Assembly: GCA_963754925.1 (NCBI GenBank)
Contig: CAVWHX010000003.1
Span: 32,001-96,000, forward strand
Origin: an uncultured delta proteobacterium
GTDB lineage: Bacteria; Myxococcota; B64-G9
Length of the DNA: 64,000 bases
Reading direction: 5' to 3'
The notes beneath the pieces were generated by a model. It saw only the letters and a list, made by a program, of their open reading frames with translations. It ran no database searches and had not been told where the DNA came from. The translations under genes were made by a program, and so were the position numbers. Every line of letters starts with the position of its first letter. Position 1 is the first letter of the stretch. Below are positions 39,130 to 49,467 of the stretch, piece by piece.

Positions 39130-41047
39130 TCACCCCTGTCGTGCCAAATTCAGCATGCCACCCGCCAGCAGGATCTTACGCTGGCGGTCGGAAACGTCGA
39201 GCACGGTCGGTATTCGCCTTCCTCCGACCTCGACGAAAATCTCGGTTGCGCCCTGCTCGATGAGTTTTCTGATGTCCGGGATACGCGCCCGGTCCCCCGG
39301 TGCGACGGCATCGTAATCGCTTTTGTCCTTAAAGATGAGGGGGACTATCCCAAAGTTAATGAGATTGGACTTGTGAATTCTCGCGATGCTCTTGACTATC
39401 TTGGCTCGTACGCCCAGATAACGGGGCGCGAGCGCCGCGTGTTCCCGGGACGAACCCTGTCCGTAGTTTTCCCCGCCGATAACCACCCCGCCACCTTTCT
39501 CCTTCGCTCGTTTAGCAAAATTCTCGTCGACAACGGAGAAAACGAATTCACTGATGGCCGGAATGTTGCTCCGAAACGGCAATACCCGGTTTCCCGCGGG
39601 CATGATGATGTCGGTGCTGATATTATCGCCGAGTTTGAGAAGCACTTCTCCTTCGATATGCGCGTCCAAAGCGCCAAACTGCGGGAACGGCTTTATGTTT
39701 GGACCTTTTACAATCTCCACCGTGTCGGGGTCATCGGCCGGCTTCAAAAACCACGCTTTCTGGTAGACGTATTTCTTGGGATAGGCGACGACCGGATATT
39801 TTTTCATGCTCCGGGGATGCGTGATCTTTCCGGTCAAGGCGGAGGCCGCCGCGGTTTCGGGCGAACAAAGATACACCGCATCGTCCTTCGTTCCACTGCG
39901 CCCTTTGAAATTCCGAGGAAACGTGCGAAGTGAGTTGGTTCCCGACGCTGGTGCTTGTCCCATACCGATGCAGCCTAAGCACCCGGGTTCATGAATGCGG
40001 GCCCCGGCTTCGAGCAACAGTTTCATGCCTCCTGACGTCAGCACATTGTCGAGCGTCTCGCGGCTTCCCGGGTTAATTTCAAAGCTCACCTGGGGGTGCT
40101 TCATCTTGCCGTTAACCATCTTTGCGGCGATCATGAAATCCCTGAAATCCCCATTACAGGAAGAGCCGATGATCACCTGATGCACCTCGACTCCGCCGAG
40201 CTCCCGGGCAGGCTTCACGTTGTCCGGATTGCTGGGACACGCCACCATCGGTTCTATTTCGTTTAAGGCTATATCGGTTACTTCATCATGCTCGGCTTTT
40301 CGATCCGCAGCCAATGGCCTGAAATCTTTGGAACGGTCAACTCTCTTGAGATAATCCTGGGTGATCTCATCTGACGGGAATATGCAAGCGGTAAATCCCA
40401 TGTCCACCGCCATGTTGGCTATGGTGGCCCGGGCGGCCATATCCATATTTTTTACGCCCGGTCCGTGAAATTCCATTATCTTCCCGATGCCTGACTTCGC
40501 GGTATAATCTCCCAAGAGTTTTAGAATCAGGTCCTTGCCGGAGACAAACGGTTTAAATGTCCCTTCACCCGGATTCCCCAGATCCGAGGCGTGTTGATGT
40601 AATAGGGCTTTCCCGCCATGGCCAGGGCGACCTCGATGCCCCCTGATCCCATGGCCAGCATTCCCAACACCCGCCCGTCGTGGTATGGCTGTCTGACCCG
40701 AGGAGCGTCTTCCCCGGAACGCCGAAACGCTGGCGGTGCACGTGATGCGAAACGCCGTTGCCGGCCGGAGACAGCAATACCCCGTATTTGGACGCGGAGG
40801 ATTGCAGAAAGCGATGGTCATCGGCGTTGCGGTAATCGGTCTGAATTATATTGTGATCGATATAGCTTAGCGCTAGCTCGATGTTTACCCGCTTCAGGTT
40901 GAGTGACTCAAACTCCAGATACACCATAGTGCCCGTGGCATCTTGCGTCAGAGATTGATCGATCCGAATGCCGATTTCTTTCCCTGGGACAAGCTCTCCT
41001 TCAACTAAGTGTTCTTTCAGTATTTTCTCGGCGATAGTACCTTTCAT
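39130..41047 (-). CDS. Aconitate hydratase (indels at about 40560-40670)
   Basis: TQDATGT, DHN, GSDSHT, IGSSCNG, GCLGCIGMGQ, RNFKGRSG, NYGQGSSREHAA. Confidence 0.9.
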
Positions 41048-41358
41048 TTATTCCTCCGTTCAAAAAGACAAAACACCTGCCGTGATAATTTGCACCCTCG
41101 CCCCGCTTCAAACTATCACCTCCGACTCAAGCACGCCACCTGCCTTGCTTTCGCTAAAGATATTCATTAGTAGGTCTCCCGGCAAGGGCAGCGGGCAGGT
41201 AATATTAAGGAAATTTCTTTGCGACTTCGAGCGATGAAGCTACTATCTTTAAAACTGTAGCCGGAACAAAAAGTTAAGACTTATTAAGCGTTATCCTCGA
41301 AGGTGATAAAAACTGTAATTATATTTCTTCTGATATCTTTTATTTATTAGTTTTTTGG

Positions 41359-42123
41359 TTATTTCAATTTGCTCAAGTCTACGCTGTTTATAAGCTTCTG
41401 AAGTTCCAAGTCGTTAGCCAGCTCATTGATGCGGGGGTTGGCGAGCAGCGCAGCGATATCCCGGGTCTCAGAGGCCCTGATGATGGCGGGATCGTCTAGC
41501 AGCGCCTTGATTTTGGGGTGTTTTATGAGCGCCTGTATCTGTGGATCGTTGGCCACCTTTTCAGCCGCCTTGGGATCGGTTGCAAGCTTGGTCAAGGTCG
41601 TTATATCGCCGACTATCGGAAGGTGAAAACGCGCCAGTAGGTTGTGTTTGTTAATCAGAGCAAATATTTTTGAATCATCAAGCGCGAGTTTCTCGAGTAC
41701 ACTTTTTTTGGACAACCGCTCGAGCGGCTCTCGGGCGAGCGCCACGGCACTGAGCAACACACCCAGAATAAAGACCATTTTTATTCCGCCGAGCAGAGCT
41801 CCTCCCCATGAATTCCATCGTGATCGTTTCTCACCAGTGGCGGCGCGGAGTCGACGGGCCGCCCGCACCATCGCCCACGCGGCCGTCGCAAGTATCATGT
41901 ACAGAACGAGAAATGCAACCGCCGGGGCTATTATGGATCCCACTAACGGCGGTATCTTGAGGTTCAGGAAGAGCCAGGTGCCGGCCGGTCGAGCAACCAG
42001 CCCGGCAAGAAAATACGCGCCAACCAGCGCCCCCAAACGAAGGACCTGCGCCCAAAAGCCCGAATAAAAGCCAATGGCCATCCATAGTATAACGCAACTA
42101 ATCAGGAGTAGATCTAAGGTCAT
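41359..42123 (-). CDS. CvpA family membrane protein
   Basis: LDLLL...GFYSGF..Q pattern, NSWGGALLG, four TM helices. Confidence 0.75.
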   Translation of the reverse strand: MTLDLLLISCVILWMAIGFYSGFWAQVLRLGALVGAYFLAGLVARPAGTWLFLNLKIPPLVGSIIAPAVAFLVLYMILATAAWAMVRAARRLRAATGEKRSRWNSWGGALLGGIKMVFILGVLLSAVALAREPLERLSKKSVLEKLALDDSKIFALINKHNLLARFHLPIVGDITTLTKLATDPKAAEKVANDPQIQALIKHPKIKALLDDPAIIRASETRDIAALLANPRINELANDLELQKLINSVDLSKLK

Positions 42124-42152
42124 CGGGAATCCTTTTCAGACGCTCGATTGAG

Positions 42153-42689
42153 CTATTTGATCGTGTAGTCGGTCTTGATCTGAGCGCTGGCCTCCTGCGC
42201 CATGCGACGGTAGAGCTCGTTGTCCGGCTCGTAGGCGAGAGCCGTCTTGAAGGAGCGCGCCGCGGCATTGAAGTTATTGCGCTTGAGTTCTATCATTCCC
42301 TGACGGTAGTTGCGCCGTCCCGCCTCGGTCTTGCCAACTTCTTCGGACTTAGCTTGCTTGTGGGCCTGGGCCGATTGCTCGGTATAACGCAGGATTCGAT
42401 GCTGCGATTGCTGAAGCTGCTGGTCGTAGAATTGACGCTTTTGCGCATCGCGGAGAACCACATACGCTTCGGCCACACGCTTGGAGATGGTATAGACGTT
42501 ATCCTTAAATAGGCTGTCGGGAAGGTGAAAATAGCGGTCAGGGTGAAACTTACGGGACTGCATATGATAGGCCTGTCGAATCTCGCCGGTCGAAGCGCGA
42601 GGGTCTATCTGAAGAATCTGGTAATAGTCTAACCGATCGATCTGGTTGACCAAATGTTCCGCTTCAGCCGAAAAGTTACTTGTCGCCAT
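42153..42689 (-). CDS. J-domain protein with C-terminal TPR
   Basis: DYYQILQI, FHPD, AEAY.VL.D..KR..YD. Confidence 0.85.
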   Translation of the reverse strand: MATSNFSAEAEHLVNQIDRLDYYQILQIDPRASTGEIRQAYHMQSRKFHPDRYFHLPDSLFKDNVYTISKRVAEAYVVLRDAQKRQFYDQQLQQSQHRILRYTEQSAQAHKQAKSEEVGKTEAGRRNYRQGMIELKRNNFNAAARSFKTALAYEPDNELYRRMAQEASAQIKTDYTIK

Positions 42690-42693
42690 GTTC

Positions 42694-44274
42694 TCACCGC
42701 TGTATGACGGTTGCTTTCTGGACCTGCCGCGCGGAGGTTTGGATCTCTGCTTCGCTCAGGCCCGAGGAAAGTTGAACCCTAATAGAATCGCTCTGCCCGG
42801 TCTCGGGATCGCGGGCTGCAACATTGACGATGCCGTTTGAATCGATTTCGAAGGTTACTTCGATTTGCACCTCGCCGCGCGGGGCGCTGCGAAAACCCGA
42901 AAACTCAAACTCGCCCAGGAGAGAGTTTTCGTCGGCTCGATTCGACTCCCCTTGCAGGATGCGTATGCGCACCTTTTCCTGATTATCCCGCGACGTGGTG
43001 AAGGTGCGGGTGCGATCGATCGGCACGGGGGTGTTACGGGCGATGATTTGCTCGGTGTAGCCGCCGACGGTCGCGATGCGCAAGCTCAAGGGGGTAACAT
43101 CCAGCAGAAAGGCGTTGCCGGCCTCGGCCTGCAGCGCGTCGCCCTGGATGGCCGCGCCCAGAGCCACCACTTCGTCGGGATCGACCTCCGCCAGCGGTTC
43201 GCGGCCAAAGTAATGTTTGACCGCGTTACGCACGAGCGGCAACCGGGTTGGGCCGCCCACCAGTATCACCCCATCGACCTGGGCGACGGTCAGGTTGGCC
43301 GACTGAAAGGCTTCATCACACACCTTAAAGGTGCGCTGAATGAGATCCATGCTCAACAGGTTAAAGGTTTCTGATTCAATCAGGGTGGTGAAATCGAACA
43401 TGCGCCCTTGGGGGTTTCGGTAGATTTCGGGTATCTGGACCTTGACTCGATTCTGACGGCTGAAAGCTTTCTTGGTCTCCTCGGCCACATCGCGCAACCG
43501 CTGCAATGCAACCAGGTCACTGCGCAAATTGAAGCCGTGCTCCTTCGAGAATTGGTCGGCGAAGTAATCTATCAAGCGCATATCGATGTCGTCGCCGCCG
43601 AGGTAGGTATCCCCGGCCGTCGCCAAAACCTCGAACGTGTCGCCACCGATTTCCAGGATCGAAACATCAAAGGTGCCGCCGCCGAGGTCATAGATGACCA
43701 CCCGCTGGCTGATGTTTCTCCCAAAGCCGTAGGCCAGGGCCGCGGCGGTCGGTTCGTTGATTATCCGCAGGACCTCGAGGCCGGCGATGCGTGCGGCGTC
43801 GTGCGTGGCTTGCCGCTGATTGTCATTGAAAAACGCCGGCACCGTGACCACCGCCTTGGTAACACTGCGCCCGAGATAGGCCTCGGCTATCGCTTTCATC
43901 TCTTTAAGAACCAACGCCGAAATTTGCGGGATCGAGAGCAGCTCCTCGCGGACCTTGATACGTAGGCCCTGATTAGGTCCTTCGACAATCTCGTAGGCAC
44001 AAACCGCCTTGGCCTTTTTGACCTCCGGTGAAAAGATATGTCGACCGATGAGCCGTTTCGCCGAATAAATGGTCTCCTTGGGATGGGTGATCATCCGATG
44101 CTTGGCATCGTTGCCGACCTGGATTCGACCATCCTCTAAAAACGAGACCACCGAAGCGTGGGTCTTCTCACCCCACTCATTAGCGATGACCGCCGGTTGG
44201 CCGTTCTCAACTATCGCAACACACGAGTATGACGTTCCGAGGTCGATTCCTATCACTGGCTCGCGTGCCGGCAT
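42694..44274 (-). CDS. Hsp70/DnaK family protein lacking the helical lid
   Basis: GIDLGTS, TVPAFFND, INEPTAAA, DLGGGTFD, LLDVTPLSL; 526 aa. Confidence 0.9.
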   Translation of the reverse strand: MPAREPVIGIDLGTSYSCVAIVENGQPAVIANEWGEKTHASVVSFLEDGRIQVGNDAKHRMITHPKETIYSAKRLIGRHIFSPEVKKAKAVCAYEIVEGPNQGLRIKVREELLSIPQISALVLKEMKAIAEAYLGRSVTKAVVTVPAFFNDNQRQATHDAARIAGLEVLRIINEPTAAALAYGFGRNISQRVVIYDLGGGTFDVSILEIGGDTFEVLATAGDTYLGGDDIDMRLIDYFADQFSKEHGFNLRSDLVALQRLRDVAEETKKAFSRQNRVKVQIPEIYRNPQGRMFDFTTLIESETFNLLSMDLIQRTFKVCDEAFQSANLTVAQVDGVILVGGPTRLPLVRNAVKHYFGREPLAEVDPDEVVALGAAIQGDALQAEAGNAFLLDVTPLSLRIATVGGYTEQIIARNTPVPIDRTRTFTTSRDNQEKVRIRILQGESNRADENSLLGEFEFSGFRSAPRGEVQIEVTFEIDSNGIVNVAARDPETGQSDSIRVQLSSGLSEAEIQTSARQVQKATVIQR

Positions 44275-44443
44275 CCACTAACCTCCGGTTGGCTGTCACC
44301 TTCGCCTGGTTACGACTCAATAGTCTATGGTTCCGTTTACTGAGTGTCAACTTTGAACCATCGATCTTCTTTCGCTAATTGAACATCGCTGCAACAACGA
44401 GTTATTCTGTGCTCAATGCTTTTGAAATGTATGGAGGTCTCCC

Positions 44444-44968
44444 ATGCTCAACCACGTGCTTCAGTGCATACAGGGCCGTCGCAGCGTTCGAGCCTATCTT
44501 CCGGACGACATCCCGAAAACAACCATCACGCAAATTCTAACGGCCGCCATATCGGCGCCCAGTGCCGGAAACACCCAATGTTGGTTTTTCTATGTCGTTC
44601 GAAATAAGAAATACCGCGCCGAGCTGTCTAAAGCAGCCTTGGGCCAACAATTTGTCGCTGCGGCGCCGGTGGTGATAGTGGTGTGCGCGGATCTGGAGCG
44701 GGCCGCCGCCAGTTATCGTAACCGCGGCGAGACTCTGTATTGCTTTCAGGACACCGCGGCAGCTATCCAAAACATGCTGCTTACCATCCATGCGCTGGGA
44801 TTGGGATCCTGTTGGGTGGGCGCCTTCGATGAGACGATGGTTTCAGACCTCCTTTCGCTCCCCTCTTCCCAACGACCGGTGGCCCTGCTACCCGTCGGTA
44901 AGCCAGCCGAAAAGCCTCGCTTTCCGGGTCGCCGTGACTTTTCAGCAGTGGTCCGCGAGGTCGAATAG
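44444..44968 (+). CDS. Nitroreductase family protein
   Basis: RRSVRAY, APSAGNTQ, GLGSCWVGAF; GGAGG RBS. Confidence 0.9.
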   Translation: MLNHVLQCIQGRRSVRAYLPDDIPKTTITQILTAAISAPSAGNTQCWFFYVVRNKKYRAELSKAALGQQFVAAAPVVIVVCADLERAAASYRNRGETLYCFQDTAAAIQNMLLTIHALGLGSCWVGAFDETMVSDLLSLPSSQRPVALLPVGKPAEKPRFPGRRDFSAVVREVE

Positions 44969-44990
44969 GTACCGCTGATCCATTAAATAA

Positions 44991-45022
44991 AGCCCAAAAA
45001 CTCCATGCGGGGTTTTTGGGCT
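44991..45022. terminator. Intrinsic terminator between convergent genes
   Basis: AGCCCAAAAACTCC-ATGC-GGGGTTTTTGGGCT hairpin; T-rich tail on minus strand. Confidence 0.7.
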
Positions 45023-45069
45023 CCATCGAGGGCAGGAGGCTGCCGCGTGGGATAGTGAAAGGAAACTTT

Positions 45070-46527
45070 CTAGCGACAGGAAATCCTGAAGGCATCCAGA
45101 TCAAGATCCTTGATCAAGGTATCGAAATTGAGCGCGTTGGCCTGGGGGCAAACACTGGATACGAGGCTCTGAGTCCCGTATTCCACCTCGAATACCGCCT
45201 TACCCGCCTGAATGAACGGAAGTAAGGTATCGCATTCGCTATACTGAAAGCATTGCTCGTCGAGCATCCAATCAAAATACCCGACTAATTGCCCAACCTG
45301 ATCCACGTCATTCTTCAAACCGACGGATAGATTCCGATTGTGCGCTTGTGTAGCCAGGAATGTATTGTAATCAATCTGCGTGGCCGCTGTCAGCGGGAAT
45401 CCAGGATTGTTGGTGTACTCATCCACGTTGTCCGGCTCAAGCCCGTCACACTTCTTGCTGACTGCCAAATCCATCCGGGCCGTCATAATACTCCGCACCG
45501 TAGCATCCCGGGTGTCTATCCAGTTCTCACCAGCCCAGCCCTGAACAGCATTACCAATCGCTGCCGCGGGGAATTGATTAGCATCAGGTCGCCAATTCTC
45601 TCTTGTCCCGGCGCTTAGATAACAGATAACAATTATGCCATTGGAATGCAACAGGTCGATGGTGCTCTGGGGGGCATCAAAAAGATCGATATCGTACATC
45701 TTCACCGCCAATGAGGTATCGATAGTCCCGGTCAACTGCCACTGCCAACTCGTACCAGGGGCCGGATGCCAAATCGATCCGGTAGATAGTGGCGTTGGGG
45801 TCGGTGTTGGTGTTGGAGTCGGGGTCGGCGTTGGTGTCGGAGTCGGGGTCGGCTTTGGTGTCGGAGTCGGTGTCGGGGTCGGAGTCGGGGTTGATGTTGT
45901 GGTTACGCCTGTGCCTGACGCAGTCCCGCCATTGAACAAAACCGAGGCAGGAATCTGTTGACTATTAGATCCCGGCGTTCTCCATCGAATGGTGAGATCT
46001 CCGTCGCCAGTCTGATCTAGGTAGGCGAGATAAATAGCGTAATATCCGGTCCTCAAATATATCGACGCAGACTTAGTTTTACCAGTACTCCCCGCCGTGT
46101 TGTTGACGATAATGGTATTCGTATTGCCGATGGCGAGAACGGCGTCGTTCGTGGAGAGAATGCTAAAAATATAGCGCCCGCTCTTACTCGCGTTGATATA
46201 CCCCGAAAAGAGATAGCCGTTGTAGTCAGCAACAGTGGTCTGATCAATTGCGAAAGTTGAAACAATCTCTTCAGCGCTTGGGGTCAAAGAAAACAAATCC
46301 GAAGCAGAATCAGCTTGAACGTTGGAGAAAAGAGCCAATTGCAAACCAGAAGTCGGCGCGGTGAGAGTAACCGGCGATGGCCTTACATTAATCTGCACGG
46401 CATCAACCTCATCTTGCATCGACCCGCTGATAGTACCACCACAGGCGCACCACCATGCAGCACAGGCAGATAACATGCCTGGTAATAGCCATGAAAGGGA
46501 ACGAACTCGCCAGTTTTGTGGTCTCAT
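45070..46527 (-). CDS. Secreted PA14 domain + GH114 endo-alpha-1,4-polygalactosaminidase
   Basis: SWQWQL, YDIDLFD, ICYLSAG..ENWRPD, CDGLEPDNVD, GLKND, EQCFQYSEC; AAGGAGGT RBS. Confidence 0.85.
   Translation of the reverse strand: MRPQNWRVRSLSWLLPGMLSACAAWWCACGGTISGSMQDEVDAVQINVRPSPVTLTAPTSGLQLALFSNVQADSASDLFSLTPSAEEIVSTFAIDQTTVADYNGYLFSGYINASKSGRYIFSILSTNDAVLAIGNTNTIIVNNTAGSTGKTKSASIYLRTGYYAIYLAYLDQTGDGDLTIRWRTPGSNSQQIPASVLFNGGTASGTGVTTTSTPTPTPTPTPTPKPTPTPTPTPTPTPTPTPTPTPLSTGSIWHPAPGTSWQWQLTGTIDTSLAVKMYDIDLFDAPQSTIDLLHSNGIIVICYLSAGTRENWRPDANQFPAAAIGNAVQGWAGENWIDTRDATVRSIMTARMDLAVSKKCDGLEPDNVDEYTNNPGFPLTAATQIDYNTFLATQAHNRNLSVGLKNDVDQVGQLVGYFDWMLDEQCFQYSECDTLLPFIQAGKAVFEVEYGTQSLVSSVCPQANALNFDTLIKDLDLDAFRISCR
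45790..45892 (-). repeat. (Pro-Thr)n linker-coding hexamer repeat
   Basis: About 17 degenerate hexamers encoding TPTPTP... Confidence 0.9.
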
Positions 46528-46689
46528 TTGCACCTCCTTAAATTGCTGGATTCTGCTGAAAAGAAACACCTGAAAGAATAGTGCAGCAAGGTTGAAAAAT
46601 GGGATCACGTTAAAACAAAATATTTTTTATTTAGATGAGAGGGAAAAAGTATTCAGGAACCGAGATAGGATTGGGGATGACGGGGGTAC

Positions 46690-48420
46690 TTACTGTTTGA
46701 TCAACCGCACAAAATGTATCTCCACGTCCCCTGCTCCGCCGTTGTAAATGCAGAAATCTGTTTGGCCGGGGAGGCTATTGTTAAACCAGCCGTCCTTGAT
46801 AATAAACGTTGCCGTCTTCTTTATGCCGGAATTTTGGCACACCACCGGTTCGGTCTTTTTTCGCCCCCCGTTCCCCGCATATTCCACCCACCACGCGTTA
46901 TCCCCCTGATCGAGGAAGGTGATCTGGAGCTCGACTGAAGCGCTCGTCTGGTATAAGAATTGGTCGTCGATATCAAAGTAAAGGTAATCACAACCATTCG
47001 CATGATTGGTTTTCCGTCCCTCGTACGATGTGCCGTTTCTCGCATCCCACACTTGGTCTTGCCGCTCGCTGCCCGGCTGGCTGATGCCGTCCGGCGCAAC
47101 GTCCCGCTGTACCAAAAATCGCTCCATATTTTTAAGCCAGGGGCTGCCGGTCCAGGAAACGGTGGTATCGTTCAACCAGAACGTGTCCTCATATTCTCGG
47201 AGAACGACCCAGGCATCTGGTGAATCGGCAGGTTTTTTCCCCAGCGAAAGTCTTGCATACTCCCATAGCGCCGGGTACACCTCGATATAGCTATGGAGAG
47301 GCAGAACGTGCAGGTAGTCCACCCGAAGTTGCAGGGTCTTCAGGACAGCCAACCTCACGCCGTATTCGGTATCGTTGGTTTTATAGCCGCAATCATTGAA
47401 ACAGGTGAGCTCGGCTACCACCGACCGCCCATTCTGGCGAATCGAAGCAGACTCATCAATCACCACGTGTCCGTCATTGGTAATGCTGGCCCCGCAGGAG
47501 GGCAACTGATTGTTATGATAGTTGAATAGCTCCGCATTGCTGATGCGAATGCCCATCCCGTACCTGACCGCATCTAGCGCCAAACCGTCATCATCCGGTT
47601 CCCACGGCCCGGCGGGATAATCTTTGCCGGTGTAGACGAGTTTATTGGCTTGATCGTCTGTCGGGTCCTGGTTTTCCCCGTTGAAAATGTTTACGAGATC
47701 ATACATGGCTTGTTGGAACCAACTATTGAATGTCGAAAAAGTTAAGCCGTAGTTCTGGGCCGCTTGGGTTATGACGTCAAAATCGAACTCACACCAGGCA
47801 AAACCTCCGGGAACCCAGAGAAAACGAAAGTCGGGATTGGAGCGCAGGTTCCAACGAATCGGGCGGTCAGTGCCAGGCGGGTCAGTGCCAAAAACCTGGC
47901 GCATCATTTCTAGGTAGTAACCCCAAACGCACGGGTCCCACAACGGCAGGTGCCCTTCTCCATTGTAGTCAGTCCCAATAGCGCTGACATTGCATTTATC
48001 GATCACCCACTGGGGAGCCCAGTCTACCCCGGTTGCCCAGATACGCATCCAAAAAGGCCCCCCGTCGCTTAACTGATCCTCTAGCGAGCGCATCGACTCA
48101 TCTTCGGCGTAACCAGTCTCAGCCTGGCTAAAAACGCCTTCTTCCGGATTTATCTGTCGCCAGGTAACCTGAACCGCCCGCATGTCAATGTTCAAATCAA
48201 GCGCGGCTTCTTCGCCCACCAGGCCAGCGTCCGAAGATGGTTGGACCCCGCTTGGGAGAGACCAATCGTAGCCATCCACTATTTCAACTAATTCAGCTTG
48301 GCCGGGTGGAATGTCATTGATGGATTTTTGCCGAGGCTTAAAATCAAAAACGCCGCATCCTGCGGGGCCGACGAGCAGACTCAGTAAGGCAAGTCCACCC
48401 AATAAACCCTTGAGGAACAT
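46690..48420 (-). CDS. Lipoprotein, putative glycoside hydrolase (GH42-like barrel + C-terminal beta domain)
   Basis: Lipobox PAGC; WRQINPEEGVF, APQWV, PLWDP; YLYFDIDD; GGAGGTG RBS. Confidence 0.6.
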   Translation of the reverse strand: MFLKGLLGGLALLSLLVGPAGCGVFDFKPRQKSINDIPPGQAELVEIVDGYDWSLPSGVQPSSDAGLVGEEAALDLNIDMRAVQVTWRQINPEEGVFSQAETGYAEDESMRSLEDQLSDGGPFWMRIWATGVDWAPQWVIDKCNVSAIGTDYNGEGHLPLWDPCVWGYYLEMMRQVFGTDPPGTDRPIRWNLRSNPDFRFLWVPGGFAWCEFDFDVITQAAQNYGLTFSTFNSWFQQAMYDLVNIFNGENQDPTDDQANKLVYTGKDYPAGPWEPDDDGLALDAVRYGMGIRISNAELFNYHNNQLPSCGASITNDGHVVIDESASIRQNGRSVVAELTCFNDCGYKTNDTEYGVRLAVLKTLQLRVDYLHVLPLHSYIEVYPALWEYARLSLGKKPADSPDAWVVLREYEDTFWLNDTTVSWTGSPWLKNMERFLVQRDVAPDGISQPGSERQDQVWDARNGTSYEGRKTNHANGCDYLYFDIDDQFLYQTSASVELQITFLDQGDNAWWVEYAGNGGRKKTEPVVCQNSGIKKTATFIIKDGWFNNSLPGQTDFCIYNGGAGDVEIHFVRLIKQ

Positions 48421-48442
48421 TACGACACCTCCATCGAATAGT

Positions 48443-49465
48443 TCAGAAGGACCAACCTATGGACACTATTCCTTCTACTACTATAGGCGATATAGTCCTG
48501 GCTGTTTGATCTTCGAGTCGAAAAACGATGTGTGGCAAGAGCGCACCCACCCGAATTCCCGCCAGTAATTGGAAGCGCTCACTGAAGATCCAACCCACCC
48601 TACCGCTCAATCCAAGATAACCTTTCCAGGTGGTGCGCCTTTGGGCGTCGTATGCATCCGAAGCCGCCAGGTCTGACCATATAATAAAAGCCCCTCCGCC
48701 CACCCCGAGAGCCGGTCTTAACCTATCCCACAGTTTCCAGTTCACAAACAACCAAAGGGAGGAGCTTGCATAACCCAACGAGAACGATTCTCCCTTGGCC
48801 TTAACTGTTGGACCCCACGGGGCGGTATTGAGAACCCATTCCAAGCTCAATAGAGAACTAACCCTTCGATCCAAACTCAGCTCCACGCCAGGACGAACAG
48901 AAAGACCATCCGGAGCAAAGACCCCCATTGCGCCGAGCGAAAGCCACCAAGCGCGCTCGGCGGTTGCGAGAGCGGACTGCCTCGGCGGAGGCAACCCCAA
49001 TTCCAAAAGGCAAACATCGACGGCCTCGCTGATACGTAACGCGATCATCGAAAGGGCCTTGCTGCCAACAGTGTCCTGCAGGGAAAAGCGTTTTTCAATC
49101 GACGTTCCCTTCTCTGGATGTCGCGCCCACAGCTCGACCTCTCCCTGATCTTGGGCAGGAAGACGACTAATCTTGATGCCCGACACCGCGTTTTCCCTCA
49201 GAACCACTTCCCCCAGGGAAAATGAGTCAGCCGCCGCTTCTTCCAGTTGCAGGATGCGAACGTCATAGCCGAGAAAGCGAAGCTCGGCTTCGGTTTTGCG
49301 CTCGACCGCCGGCCACGCGTTCTGGGGACAACAGGATTCCAAACTGACTATCACGACGGAAATCCTCTTGTCTTTCGCCGCTGCTTCTGCCGCAGCAAAA
49401 GTCACCCCCAGAAACAAGATTAACGGCCCAAGCATCCAGGGGTGCTTGGATAGCTGAAAATACAT
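48443..49465 (-). CDS. Exported protein with probable C-terminal outer-membrane beta-barrel
   Basis: Signal peptide; amphipathic strands; ends IGWSF. Confidence 0.6.
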   Translation of the reverse strand: MYFQLSKHPWMLGPLILFLGVTFAAAEAAAKDKRISVVIVSLESCCPQNAWPAVERKTEAELRFLGYDVRILQLEEAAADSFSLGEVVLRENAVSGIKISRLPAQDQGEVELWARHPEKGTSIEKRFSLQDTVGSKALSMIALRISEAVDVCLLELGLPPPRQSALATAERAWWLSLGAMGVFAPDGLSVRPGVELSLDRRVSSLLSLEWVLNTAPWGPTVKAKGESFSLGYASSSLWLFVNWKLWDRLRPALGVGGGAFIIWSDLAASDAYDAQRRTTWKGYLGLSGRVGWIFSERFQLLAGIRVGALLPHIVFRLEDQTARTISPIVVEGIVSIGWSF

Positions 49466-49467
49466 AC

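Noticed and set aside
45790..45892. CRISPR or non-coding tandem repeat
   Set aside because: In-frame Pro-Thr linker with synonymous variation and no spacers
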